Shown here: positions 34,280-47,283 of the stretch, piece by piece
How positions within the stretch are numbered: position 1 is the first letter of the stretch
How the letters are laid out: each line of letters begins with the position of its first letter
Assembly: GCA_051313645.2 (NCBI GenBank)
Contig: JBNRSN020000015.1
Span: 84,196,001 to 84,260,000 of the forward strand
Direction of reading: 5' to 3'
Length of the DNA: 64,000 bases
Source: Centroscyllium fabricii
Lineage: Eukaryota
Program-made: the position numbers and the translations under genes
Notes under the pieces: model-generated
The model's input: only the letters and a program-made list of their open reading frames with translations
The model's database searches: none
What the model was told of the DNA's origin: nothing

Positions 34280-36895
34280 ATTCGAAGATTCAGTCTTTTG
34301 AGTCACACCGCAGAGGAAAGTACAGGTTCAGGAAGGGGAGGGTGTGACTGTTAGGGAGCCAGGTAGCCGGGATTTGCAAGAGGTTGAAGAGGAGGTAACA
34401 CAGACACTGGTCCTGTCCAACAGGTATGATGTACTTGCTACTTGTGAGGATGAGAATAAAGACTGCAGGGTGGACAGCCACAATTCAGACCAAGGCACCA
34501 TGGCTCAGAAGGCTGTCCAAGGGAGGGGGGGGGGGCAGAGAGCAGAATAGAAATATGGTAGAGATAGAGGAGTCGAGAATTAGGGGGATATATAGCCTCC
34601 TCTTCAGCCATGAACTAGAATCCCGAAGGGTGTGTTGCCTACCTGGTGCCAGGAGAAGGGATATCTCACAGCAGCTGGAGAGGAACTTGGAAAAGGAGGG
34701 GGTGAATCCAGTTGTCGTGGTTCATGTTGGAACAAATAGCATTGGTAGGAACAGGGAGCAAAGTCCTGCTGAAGGAGTGTCAGGAGATAAGCTCTACATT
34801 AAAAAGCAGGACCTCAAGGGTAATAAGGGGGAGGCGGTGGCGTAGTGGTTATGTCACTAGACTAGTAAGCCAGAGGCTCAGTCAAATGCTCTAAGGATCT
34901 GAGGATATGGGTTCAAATCCCACCACGGCAGCTGGTGGAATTCAAATTCAATTCAATTTAATTCTGGAATTAAATGTTAGTCTTAGTAATGGCGACCATG
35001 ATACCATTGTCAATTGTTGCAAGACCCCATCTGGTTCACTAATGTCCTTTAGGGAAGGAAATCTGCCATCCTTACTTGGTCTGGCCTACATGTGACTTCA
35101 GACCCACAGCAATCTGGTTGACTCTTAATGCCCTCGGAAATGGCCCAGCAAGCCACTCAGTTGTAAAAAACCGCTGCGCAACATTGTGGATGTACCTAAA
35201 CCATATGGACTGCAGCGGTTCAAGGAAGCGGCTCACCACCATCTTCTCAAGGGCAATTAGGGATGGGCACTAAATGCAGGCCTAGCCAGCCAACGACGCC
35301 CACATCCCATCAATGAATAATTAAAAAAAATCTCTAGGTTATTGCCCAAGCCACGTGCAAATTGGCATAGAGGCAGACAAATCAGGGGAATTAACACATA
35401 GCTAAAGGGCTATGGAACACTGGCAACAGTACTGGGACAGGATGGAGCTGTATCGATGGGACTGGCACCACCTGAACCAGGATGGGCCCCGTGTCCTAGT
35501 GGAAAGGGTAAATAGGGAGGTGGCAAAGACTTTAAACTAGCAAGAAGAGGGGAGGGGTCTACAAGAAATGTAAGCAGCCTAAATATAAACAGAACAGGAA
35601 AAGAGAGCATAGGAAAGAATAAAGTAAGGGAGGACATTGATGCCAAGGGAACAAAGAGAGTTATAGAACAGGAGTCCAAAAAGATGGTTAAACATAAAGT
35701 GAGAGGAAATCCTATTAAAAATATGAGTTAAACTGTCTGTACAGCAATGTACACAGTGTCTGAAATAAATCAGGGGAGCTGGAGGCAATCATGCATTGGG
35801 AGAAACCAGACATCATAGGGATTACTGAGACATGGTACAGAAAAATCAGGACTGGGAATTAAACAGTGCAGGGCATAACATATTTAGAAAAGATAGAGAG
35901 GGAAAAAGGAGAGGTGGAGTAGCTGTATTTATTAGAGATAACATAATGGCAGCAGAAAAAAGGGACGTAGATATCAGCAAGATAAAAATAGAATCCATAT
36001 GGATAGAGATAAAAGATAATAAAGGATAAATCACACTAATAGGCATAGTCTACAGGCCACCAAATAGTAGAAGGGAGGAAGAGGAAGAACTATACAGAAA
36101 ATTAGAGAAATTTGTAAAAAACATAGAATAATAATCATGGGGGATTTCAACTACCCCAATATTAATTGGACAGAAGAGATAGGTAAAAAGGGGATAAGGG
36201 AATGGAGTTGTATAATGTCTACAGGACTACTTTCCAACCCAATATGTAAAACGCCCAACGATGGAGGATTCGCTATTGGATCTAGTTATGGGGAATGTGC
36301 CAGAGCAGATAAGAGACATAAAAGTAGGGGAACATATAGGCAATAGTGACCATAACATAATACAATTTAAGCTAATAATAGAGAAGGACATAATAATGAC
36401 AAAAACAAGTTAATAGATTGGAGAAATGTTGCTTTTGAGGGGCTGAGAATAGAACTTGGGAAGATAAAATGGGCAACAATATTGGCAAACAATGATGTAG
36501 AATGACAATGGGAAACATTTAAAATGATGTTCAAGAGAGTGCAGAAAATATATATTCCACTAAAAGAAAAGAATAAACTGAACACTAATGAGATTCCATG
36601 GATGAATAAAGACATAAGGAAACAATTGAGGGTAAGGAAAGAGGCATACATGAAGTACATAGACAGCAGAGGAGTGCATGGTAAGAGAGAATATGAAAGG
36701 ATTAGGAGAGAAGTCAAAAAAACAATTAGGAAGGCAAAGAGGATCTATGAAATTAAATTATCAAGGAACATAGCAGAAAATAGTAAAATAGTTTACAGGC
36801 ACATCAATAAAAAAAGGAAGGTTCAGATCGGGATAGGGCCATTAAGGGATGGACAGGGCAATACCATAGGTAATGATAGAGATAGCAGAAATATT
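34280..36895 (+). mobile_element. CR1 LINE 5' part: ORF1 esterase remnant and ORF2 endonuclease
   Basis: VCCLPGA, VVVHVGTN (SGNH esterase); ITETW, RKDREGKRRGGVAVFI, MGDFNYPNINW, SDHN. Confidence 0.9.
34828..35329 (+). mobile_element. tRNA-derived SINE whose 3' tail matches the LINE at 682-1385/26370-26826
   Basis: GGTGGCGTAGTGG and GGTTCAAATCC boxes; body GGTTCACTAATGTCCTTTAGGGAAGG; shared tail plus poly(A). Confidence 0.85.
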
Positions 36896-38134
36896 GGGCC
36901 AGAAATTCCAGTCCATCGCACGCTTAGCACCCGCAGGAGTGGCGCCTAATTCCCCGTGCTAGCTATCGCACGGGGCATGCGCAGGAATCCGTGCTTTCCG
37001 ATGCTGAGGCAGAAGAGGCTTCAGCATCCAACACACAAAAGAATTACACCCAAAAATCCCGATGTTTTTGGGTGTAATTCTGTGCGCTAATATGTGGGCA
37101 ACTGGGCTTGGAGTTGCACGGGAAAAAAGGAGTCATTAACCGTGCGTTAGGGAGAGCAGTGCGTTCTTGAAGACGGTAAGTGACGTTTTTAGCATTTAAT
37201 TTAAAGGTTTAGCAATTTTAATTGACTTTTATGATTTATTTGGGCAGTTAACTACTATTTTTTGTGGATTGTGAATTGTTTTGAAAAAAAAATTAAATCG
37301 GCTTTTCAATTTTTATCACCCTATTTTTTGTACAAAATTGTTTGTTTCTAAAGTTTTTCATCTGAAATTTAAAAGTCTTTCTTTGTTTAAAAAAGTTAGC
37401 AAAAAAATCGCTGAAAATCAAAGAGACTTACCTTCGTTGCCAATGTAATGCTGCCCGCCCTTGCTACCTGCCGATTCTGTGTGCGCATAGAAACATAGAA
37501 ACATAGAAGATAGGAGCAGGAGTAGGCCATTTGGCCCTTCGAGCCTGCTCCGCCATTCAATGAGATCATGGCTGATCATCCAAACCCTGTACCCCGCCCC
37601 TGCCCTCTCCCCATATCCCTCGATCACTATCGAGCCTGCACCGACACACATATCCCACCCTATTCCCCTAACCCCACATATTCAATCCCCCTAACACTAA
37701 GGGTCAATTTATCATGTCCAATCAACCTAACCCGCACATTTTTGGACTGTAAAAGGAAACCGGAGCACCCGGAGGAAACCCACGCAGACACGGGGAGAAT
37801 GTGCAAACTCCACACAGATAGTACCCGAGGCTGGATTTGAACCCAGGTCTCCAGTGCTGTGAGGCAGCAGTGCTAACCACTGTGCCACCGTGCCGCCCAC
37901 ATCAGGGGGCGTGTCCATTTAAATGAGACCTTCATGGGCGGGGCATCACACTAGCACACGCACCACGGCAACGCATATTTAGCGCACCTAGCGTGGCTGC
38001 ACTGTTACGCAGACCAGGAACTAAGAAAAATACTGGAATGTTTCACCGCTAAAACGGCAAGATTCTGGTGCGCTGCGTTAGGGGTCCGCATGGCCGTTCA
38101 CCCGCACGAAACGGCCGACTGCAATTTCTGGCCC
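36896..38134. mobile_element. Harbinger-type MITE (contains a V-SINE)
   Basis: Perfect 12-bp TIR GGGCCAGAAATT, flanks ATT/AAT. Confidence 0.82.
37486..37898 (-). mobile_element. V-SINE (HE1-like)
   Basis: V-domain and CR1 tail. Confidence 0.9.
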
Positions 38135-38145
38135 AATAAATCATT

Positions 38146-39367
38146 GGCCCAGAAATTTGGGTCAGAGGCTTCCCGCGGGTGCAAGCGTCCAACCTACACT
38201 TACCCAGCGCGCCGGCTGTTGAGCTGTGGGCCCCCATGGGATTGCGATCCTGGGCCTCCTGCAACTGCCAGCGCGCAGTGCTTGCGTATCCCAGGGGCGC
38301 AATTAGTTTGATGCGTCCCCTGGGATCACATGGGCCATAAACAGTCAAAGGTAGCAGGGAAAGCTTCATTCATAAGATTGACAAGAAGAGCTGTCAAACC
38401 TATAAATACGATAAGCCCCAAAATGTAACTAAAACTTCAAATATTTTTTTTTAAATCACATTTTTAAAATAACTATACATTACATGAAATAACTATTTTA
38501 AACAATAATTCAAATTTTTGAAAAAATTAATTACATTTTCTAAACTTACCTTTCTTTAAAGTATTTTAAAATAATAAACCTGTGGAAAAAATGTTTTAAT
38601 TTTAATTAATTCAGCACTTACCTTGTTAAAAGCAGGCCTTATATATGCTATGATTAAATGAATCTCTTAAAATATGTTAATGCACCTTTGTGTGCTCTGT
38701 CTATCTCTGCTAAGGTGAGATGTGGGAGATATCGGATTTCTCCCTTCGTCCCATATGTGCGTTCTTTAAGTCAGTCTCTCTTTCGCCTGATGAAGGGGCA
38801 AAAGCTCCGAAAGCTTGTGATTTAAAATAAAACTGTTGGACTATAATCTGGTGTTGTGTGACTTCTTGCATTTGTCCACCCCAGTCCAACACCGGCAACT
38901 CCACATCTCGGCTAATGAAGGCAAGTATCCCATATGCCTTTTTAACCACCTTATCTACATGTCCTGCTGCCTTCAGGGATCTATGTACATGCAGACAAAG
39001 GTCCCTCTGATCCTCTGTCTTTCCTAAGGTCTTACCATTCATTGTGTATTCAATTGTTGCTGATTCCTTTAAATAGCGCTGGTGGGGTGTCCTCCCTGCT
39101 ACTGAACACATGTTGAGCTGTTCGTGGTTTGGAGAGGGCATTGAATGATGCGACGACATTCAAAATTGCACATTCCCCATTGATTGTCATCATGATCTGC
39201 CTCATTACTATTTTTCCAGCGAGCACAAGCAACAGCTGCATTGCCAATTTGCCCAAATTGGCGGCTGCTGCGGAACCCAGTCGAAGTGGGTGGAACCGAT
39301 GCGGCCACCATTTTTCCTCCAAAACCGACCTTATGAGCTGGTGCTAAGGCGCCGAATTTCAAGGCCC
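38146..39367. mobile_element. Composite of Harbinger-MITE, Penelope and CR1 fragments
   Basis: Starts GGCCCAGAAATT, ends GAATTTCAAGGCCC; Penelope end ~38700-38908; CR1 (minus) 38910-39055. Confidence 0.6.
38783..38820 (+). ncRNA. Minimal type I hammerhead ribozyme motif (Penelope)
   Basis: TCGC-CTGATGA-A-GGGGC-AAAA-GCTCC-GAAA-GCTT-GTGA; the variant positions keep pairing via G-U. Confidence 0.72.
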
Positions 39368-39499
39368 TTATTTCCTGACTTTTTTGTGTGAAATCCTGAT
39401 AGTTACCAGCAGCAACACAGCACCAATACGGACCATTTGGTAATTGTACAGGCCTAAAAATAATTTTGGGAGAGATGTAAGGCTTTCTAATTACTTGTG

Positions 39500-40290
39500 G
39501 GGGGGGGGGGGGGATTTTCTTGGAGGTGTGGGAACCTTGTGGGGATTGGGCGGGGTGGCTTCCCGTCCTGCCCCGCCAAGGGCCTGGGAAGCCAACGCTA
39601 TTTTACTTTAATTGCTCAATTAAATTGCCGCATGCGGGGTGCTCGTGGCAATTGTTTCAGTCGTGTCGGCAATTACAGAGCACAAACGGCATTCTAGCAG
39701 GTTGTCAGACAGTTGCGGGGACTTTATGTTTATAGTTCCCATGGAAACACTCCGCTGTGACATCACAGTGGAGTGCAACCAATGGGAAAGGCCAAGTACT
39801 CTGAGTGACAGGTGGGCAGGCAGGCTGCAAATCTTTGACAGCTAGGAGCTGGTTGTCACTGGACCTGTCAGTGGAGCTTGAAAGGTAAGATTTCTACGTT
39901 TTTCTCCACAGCTGGTCTTCACCCAAGGGAGTAATTTACACCTCCAGGGTGTTGAAGGCCTGGGAAGCATTTTGCTCTAGGTCCTTCAACACCTTTAATG
40001 AGAAAGTTAGCAAGACCACTGTGCTCCCGCTGGGTTTCACCAGCGGGGTTTTAGGATGGCGGGGTTTGGGTAGGAAGGGGTTGAAAACTGCTAAGAGCCC
40101 TTAAAATGGCATTACAGATGCCAATTCAGGGCCCTTAATGAGCTTAACAATCATCCCCGCCGGCCGCCGGTGGGAAAGATTCGTGGCGGGGAGACAGGGC
40201 GGCGGAAAATGGAAAAACAGCGGGGAACCCATCGGTTCTGCTATTTTGCCATCAGACCCGCCCAAAACCCCGCCTCATGGGGACATGAAC
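39500..40290. mobile_element. Harbinger-derived MITE
   Basis: 40020-40270 resembles the Harbinger end at 5365-5660. Confidence 0.6.
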
Positions 40291-40880
40291 ATTTTGGCCT
40301 TGGACTCATTTTTTTTTGTTCGTTATTTTTTGTGTTTGTACTTTTTAGACATTTTAGGAGGGCATGAATCCCATTATGAAGAAAAATAATGATTTTGATT
40401 TAAGTTTATGTTTAGGTGTTTATGATGCTTAAAGTGGCTATTGTCTTTCCAGTTTCTTTGGTTCAGCACCACTGAGGGTGACAGCATGAGTAATAACTGC
40501 ACACAAGCCTTTGTCAATGAGTGTTCCACTTGTTTAATCTTTCCATTCATCTCTAAAACCTGGTTTAAATTCAGTTCAAGTGTACTGCAAGGAAATATGA
40601 AAAGAATTGCCATGGCATTCCTCATTTGGCTCAATTCAAGCATTTAGGTGCTTACTGTTGACTGGAAACTTATCCTATTTATGTCACGAGAGGTCCCCAT
40701 GTCACAGAGAACAAAGACATTTCCTGTCACAGTATAATACAATTCCAACTTCCTATTCATTTGACATTTGTATTGCTCTGTTAATCTTGTATAGTGTGGA
40801 GCAGTAACAATTAAAACAGAAAACTGAAAACTAAACCCACTGTATAACTGTTTTCAAAGGATGCAGTTAAATAATACATT

Positions 40881-41632
40881 GAGGCAGAAATTCCGATCCC
40901 TCTGAGTGAGTACGTGCTGTGTACTCACCCTTAGGGACATCGGAAATGCCGGTTTCAGGCACGCACTGCGCATGCGCTGGAAATGGGCATTTCCGATCCG
41001 TTAATAAAGCTCTCGACAGATCGAATGCCGGCCCTGGAGCAGGGCCTCTGCGGGTGGAGAGTTCTGTTTTTTGCAGACCCGACACCCGCAGAAAACACTT
41101 ACAATTCTTGCGCCTGCAAAGGCAAGCACAAGGCCTGCTTTTACCAGGCTAAGAGTTGAAGAAAGTAAAAAATTTTTTTCCCACATTTATCATTTTAAAA
41201 TACCTCAAAGAAAGGTAAGTTTATTTTTAGTCCCGTTTAAATCTTTAATTATTTTTTTCAAAAATTTAAGTGTTTGTTTAAAATAGTTAATTTATGTAAT
41301 TTATACTCATTTTAAAAATGTGATTTAAAAACAAATTATTTGAAGTTTTACTTGTGTTTTGGTGGTGTTTGCTATTCATAGATTTGACAGGTCTTCCTGT
41401 CAAATCTATGAATGGAGATTCCCTGCTCTGATTGGCTCCCCATGGCCCACATGATCCCAGGGACGCTGCAAACTACCTGCGCCCCTGGGATACGCGTGCC
41501 CTGCACACCAGCAGTTTGAAGAGGCACGGCAACAGAACTCTGCACCTCCGGGGAGCCCTCCAGTCCAGGCAAGGATTTTTCCAGATCGCAGCCCTCCGCC
41601 TGCGAGAGGGCTGCGAACGGAATTTCTGCGCC
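40881..41632. mobile_element. Harbinger-type MITE
   Basis: TIR G(AG/GC)GCAGAAATTCCG, TSD ATT. Confidence 0.85.
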
Positions 41633-43348
41633 ATTGTTTACCCCATGTGCTACTGCCATCAGCAAAAGATATGTGGGGGTGATTTTATCCCTACCTGCCC
41701 AGCAGAAACTGGGCTGGTGGGCATTTCAAATCACCCAAGTTACTTACCTGCCCTGGAGGCACCAGGAGTTGACAGATTTGGATTTTCACCTGCTCTCCTG
41801 AGCAGGTGGCAAGGACACCTGCCCAAAGCTAGTGTGGTCTTTTTTTAACATATGCATCATCGGGACCTGACTGCAATCTTTACTGGGTAGTCTGAGTTGG
41901 AAGGGGCAGTGCGATTCTGGGCAGACCAACTCGGCGGCAAATAGGAAAGCTCCCCTTTGTTGTTGACTAATTTGGGAAAGGTCCTGGGTGGTGAGGCGAT
42001 GCCGAGGTGGTGGTCTGTGGGGGCGGGGGTGGGTGCTGGTGGTGGTGGTGAGCCCAGGCTGGCAGAGCGCTGCAGTATTTTTATGGAGCCAGAAGGAGCA
42101 GCCCAGCTCCTTCCAGTTCCAGAAAAAAACAAGTGTTGAAATCTTTTGTGGTCGTTTGTTGAACAGCCAGCAGCAGTCCCTTAAAAGGATCACTCCTTAG
42201 GCTGTTCAACATCAGCACACATGGGTGGAGCATGCACATCTCATGTCTAAGTTACACTGCCACTTTTGCATGTATCAGAAGCTGTTGACATCTTCCTTTC
42301 CTCTACAAGGTCCTTACATGTGTTTTTATCTGCCAGATCTATGCCCACCTATCCCACAATTCTCGGTTTGAAACTATTCCACAGCCCGAACCAAAGTCAC
42401 AAACAACATTCTGTTATTGTGACCGGGATGGTGTATCATTCCTTGTCCTCCTTGCCCTCATTGCACAGTCACTCAATTCTCACCAAAATGTCTCTTCCAT
42501 TGTTCAGCTCCATGGAACTCCCCTCAAATCAAAGACATAACGTCTCTACCAATGGTTTTTCTTCCTACCCTCACTTAGGGAGTTCCATTAGGATTGATCC
42601 TGAACCTCTCCCCTCATTCTCATCTAAATGCTGTTGCTTGAAGACATCATCGACAGACATGGGCCAGGATTTTCAGAGTTAAGAACAGGTGGGTTGGAGG
42701 CGTGGGGGGAAGTGAAAGTTGTACAAATGTAAAACCCGACCCCAGCCCGCCTACAACCCGCCCACTTTCACCTTTCACTCAGGTGGGATGGGTGGGTGGT
42801 GCAGGCTGCCAGCCCACTGCCAAGAGGCGGGTTGGCAATTTAAATATGAGGCCTGAGGCCTCTACTTTAACCTGCTTTGCAGGTTTTACTGCAGGTGGCC
42901 GGGGATCTCGGGGCTCGGGAGCTAGTGGACACCATTGATGCTCGCGGTGACTACATTTGCGGCAAGTGTTGCTCGAGGAACTCCGGCTTCGTGTTGATCA
43001 GCTGCAGTCCGAGCTTCAGATACTGCGACACATCAGGGAGGGGGAGAGTTACCTGGACTTTGTGTTACAGGAGATAGCCACACCAAATAGATTAATTAAT
43101 TTAAATGTAGATCGTGGTCAGAGACAGTATGGTGTGACTATGAGTGAGGCAGGTATAGGAATCCAGGAGGTAGTGTTGGAGGAGCCACAGACCTTGCTCT
43201 TGTCCAACAGGTTTGAGGCTCTTACTCCCTGTGAGGGTAGGAGCGGGGACTGTGGGGAGGATGAGCAACCTGGCCACAGCATCGTGGAACAGGGGCCCAT
43301 TCAAGAGGGGGGAGTTAATAGAAATGTTGTAGTGGTAGGGGACAGTAT

Positions 43349-45659
43349 TGTGGCGGCACGCCCACTTGGACACCGAATCCGCCACGGGAACACCGCGGGG
43401 CAGAGCCCCGCTCATCCGGGTGATGCGATGGCATTTCCCAAACCGGGGCCATACCCCTGCCCTCCAGGAATTCCCCCGCCCGCACTCCATTAAGGGGCTG
43501 CAGGAATTTCTGGGGATGGTCAATTTTTATAACCGCTTTATCCCGGGAGCAGCCGCTCTCATGGCCCCCTTATACCAGGCCACACGCGGGCAGTCCAACA
43601 AGGCTGCGGTCGAGTGGATGGCCAACGCCGCCACCGCCTTCACCGCAACTAAAACCGCCCTGGCTAACGCCACCCTCCTAGCCCACCCTAGGCCCAATGC
43701 CAGAGTAGCCCTCACCACTGACGCCTCCGACCACGCGGTCGGGGAAGTATTTGAGCAGTGGACCGGCAACTCGTGGCAGCCCCTGGCCTTTTTCAGCCGG
43801 CAGCTCCGGCCCCTAGTACAGCGCCTTTGATAGGGAGCTCCTCGCTCTCCATCTGGCAGTGCGACATTTTCGCTTCCTCCTGGAGGGCCGCCACTTCACA
43901 GCCTTCGTCGACCATAAGCCACTCACCTTCGTGATGGCTAAGGTCGCCGAACCTTGGTCGGCCAGGCAGCAGCGCCAGCTCGCGGCCGTGTCGGAGTTCA
44001 CGACCGACATTCAGCATATCTCCGGCCGCGACAACGTGGTCGCTGACTGCATCTCACGCCCCACCATTAACGCCGCCCAAATGGCGGTCGATTATGCCCA
44101 GCTGGCCGCAGACCAGCTGGCCGACCCCGACCTGCTCAACCCAGCAGCAAATCTCCCCGGCCTCCACTTGGCCAATATCGCGCACGGCCCCACTGCCACC
44201 GTCGTCTGCTGCGACGTGTCCCTGCCGCAACCCAGGCCCATCGTCCCCCACGCTTGGAGGCGACACATTTTCAAGACCCTCCATGACCTGTCCCACCCCG
44301 GCACCCGCGCATCGATTAAACTTATCTCGGCCCGGTTCGTATGGCGCGGCCTGCGCAAAGACGTCCGCGCCTGGGCCAACTCCTGCATTGCCTGCCAGCG
44401 CTCCAAAGTGCATAAGCACATCAGGGCACCGCTGGAAACATTTAAAGTGCCGGCCAGACGCTTTGACCACGTCCATATTGATCTCATCGGGCCACTACCG
44501 CCATCCCGGGGCCACATGCACGTAATGACCATGGTTGACTGCAACACTCGCTGGCCAGAAGCAGTCCCCCTCGCTGCCACCGGCACCACGGACTTGGCCA
44601 GGGCGTTCATCGCCCGCTTCGGCGTGCCCACCGACATCACCTCCGACAGAGGACCCCAGTTCACGTCAGCACTATGGGCGGCCATCGCCCGCGACCTCGG
44701 GGTAACCTTGCATCGAACCACCACATACCACCCACAAGCTAACGGGCTCTGCAAACGGTTCCACCGATCTATGAAGGCATCACTTTGAGCCACCCTCAAG
44801 GATGCGTCTTGGACCGACCGTCTCCCATGGGTCCTCCTCGGGCTGTGCTCGGCAGTCAAAGAGGACCTAAATGCCTCGGCAGCAGAACTCGTATACGGCC
44901 AGGCCCTAACAGTGCCGGGCAAATTTTTAGCCAAACCAAACGCTCCCTGGTCAGCCAACCAGTACCTAAAAGACTTTGCCAACCCGGCACGAGCTTTCCA
45001 GCCACTACCAGTGGCCCGGCACGGAGAGCCGGCAGCACGAGTACCGGACGGCATTAAAAATGCAAAATTTGTGTTCGTCCGGCGCGACGGACACCGATCA
45101 CCACTACAGCCACCATACGATGGCCCTTATAGAGTGCTTCGGGCGGGAGCTAAAGCTTTCCAGCTTCAAATGGGCAACAGGACAAAAACTGTTACAATAG
45201 ACCGGCTCAAGCCGGCACACGTTATAGCGGGCGAGGCGACAGTCCCCGCGCAACCACCGCAATGCGGACGCCCTCCCGCAACAACACCCGCCCACACTCC
45301 ACCGCAGAACCAGAAGCAACGCACAACACGGGCCGGCCGCAACATCCGGCCACCCCAACGGCTCACATAGACTCTTTTCTATTTCTCCCGGACGGATTCT
45401 GGGGGGGAGCTGTGTGGCGGCACGCCCACTTGGACACCGAATCCGCCACGGGAACACCGCGGGGCAAGGACCCGCTCATCCGGGTGATGCGACGACGTCA
45501 CCACGACTTCCTGCGTAATGACGTCACCAACGGCGGGTAGTTTAAATAAGCTTGTTTCGAGTGGTTCGCTCTCTTTCCTGTTTAACTCTAATGCATTAAA
45601 CAAGTGTTTTCTCTAGCTCTCTGGCTCACGCGTGGTTTCTAGGCCTTGCCGGCGCTACA
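43349..45659 (+). mobile_element. Internally deleted Gypsy element (RNase H + integrase retained)
   Basis: ~80 bp of 5' LTR fused to FLGMVNFY; TTDASDHAVG, HPG..CIAC, HIDLIGPLP, SDRGPQF, GPY; 3' LTR 45413-45659; TSD GTAT. Confidence 0.93.
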
Positions 45660-47283
45660 GTATCATCAGGTGGATAAGATAGGGTTCTCTGCCACCGAGA
45701 GCGGGAGTCCCGAAGGCTGTGTTGCCTGCCCGGTGCCAGGGTTAAGGACATCTCTTCTGGGCTGGAGAGAAACTTGCAGTGGGTGGGGGAGGATCCAGTT
45801 GTCCTGGTACATGTTGGTACCAACGACATAGATAAGACAAGGAAGAAGGTTCTGTAACAGGAGTATGAGCAGCTAGGGGTCAAACTAAAAAACAGAACCT
45901 CAAGGGTAATAATCTCTGGATTATTACCTGAGCCACATGCAAATTTGGCTAGGGTAAATAAAATTAGGGAGTTAAATGCGTGGCTCAAAGACTGGTGTGG
46001 GAGAAGTGGGTTTTCCTTCTTGGGACACTGGCAAAAGTATTGGGACAGGAGAGAACTGTTCCGGCGGGACGGGCATCACCTGAACCGGGTGGGGACCAGT
46101 GTCCTGGCAAATCATATAACTAGGGCTGTAGAGAGGGCTTTAAACAAATTAGTGGGGGGGGGGAGGTTTCTAGATAGCAAATTATAAAAATGACAATGGA
46201 GAAGGTAATGGACATAGGTAACAATGGGGAATTAAAAGACAGAGTGTGTCAGGAAGGGAAAGAATGTATGGAGATAAAGGTAAAGTTGTAAAAAGGGAAA
46301 AAGCAGGAATTAAGTGTCAAACATATTTGAAAGTCCTTTATCTGAATGCACGTAGTATTCATAACAAAATAGACGAGTTGACAGAACAAATAATTACATA
46401 TGGGTATGATCTTGTGGCAATTACAGAAACATGGCTACAAGGTAACCAGCACTAGGAATTAAACATACAAGGGTATTCAACAAATAGGAGGGACAGGCAG
46501 GAAGGAAAGGGAGGTGGGATGGTTATGTTAATAAGGCAAGGAATCACTACAATACAGCAAAATGATATTGGCTCAAAGGATCAGGATAGTGAGACAGTTT
46601 GGGTGGAAATAAGAAATAATAAAGGGAAAAAAACACTAGTGGGTGTAGTCTATAGGCCTCCTAACAGTTGTAACTCAGTTGGTCGGAGTAGAAATTAGGA
46701 AATAGTTGGGCCTAGTAATAAGGGAACAGCTATAATTATGGGAGATTTTAACTTTCATATTGACTGGAGTAATCAAGTTGGACAGGGCAGCCTTGAGGAA
46801 GAGTTTATTGAGTGTATTAGCGATGGGTTCCTTGAACAGTTCGTAACTGAGCCTACCAGGGGGCAAGCAATCTTAAATCTGGTCCTGTGTAATGAGACAG
46901 GATTAATAAAAAATGTCCTAGTAAAGGATCCCCTTGGAATGAGTGACCATAACATGGTCAAATTCCAAATAAAATTACAGCGTGAGAGGGGTGAATCGCA
47001 AACAAGCGTACTGAGCTTAAATAAAGGAGACTATGATGGTATGAGTGCAGAATTGATTAAGGTGGACTGGGAAAACAGATTAAAGGGTAAGACGGTACAT
47101 GATCAGTGGTGTGTATTCAAGGAGTTATCATACAACTTTCAAGAAAAATATATTCCACTGAAGAAAAAGGGGTGTAAAAGAAAAATCAGCTATCCGTGGC
47201 TAAGTAAAGTAATAAAGGAGAGTATCCGACTAAAAACAAGGTTATATAAGGTAGCCAAATCTAGTGGGAAGATAGAAGATCGG

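Noticed and set aside
40374-40724. Two adjacent minus-strand exon candidates
   Set aside because: Phases are incompatible and the joined frame stops immediately
44092-45054. 320-aa minus-strand ORF
   Set aside because: Antisense shadow of GC-rich integrase sequence, no motifs
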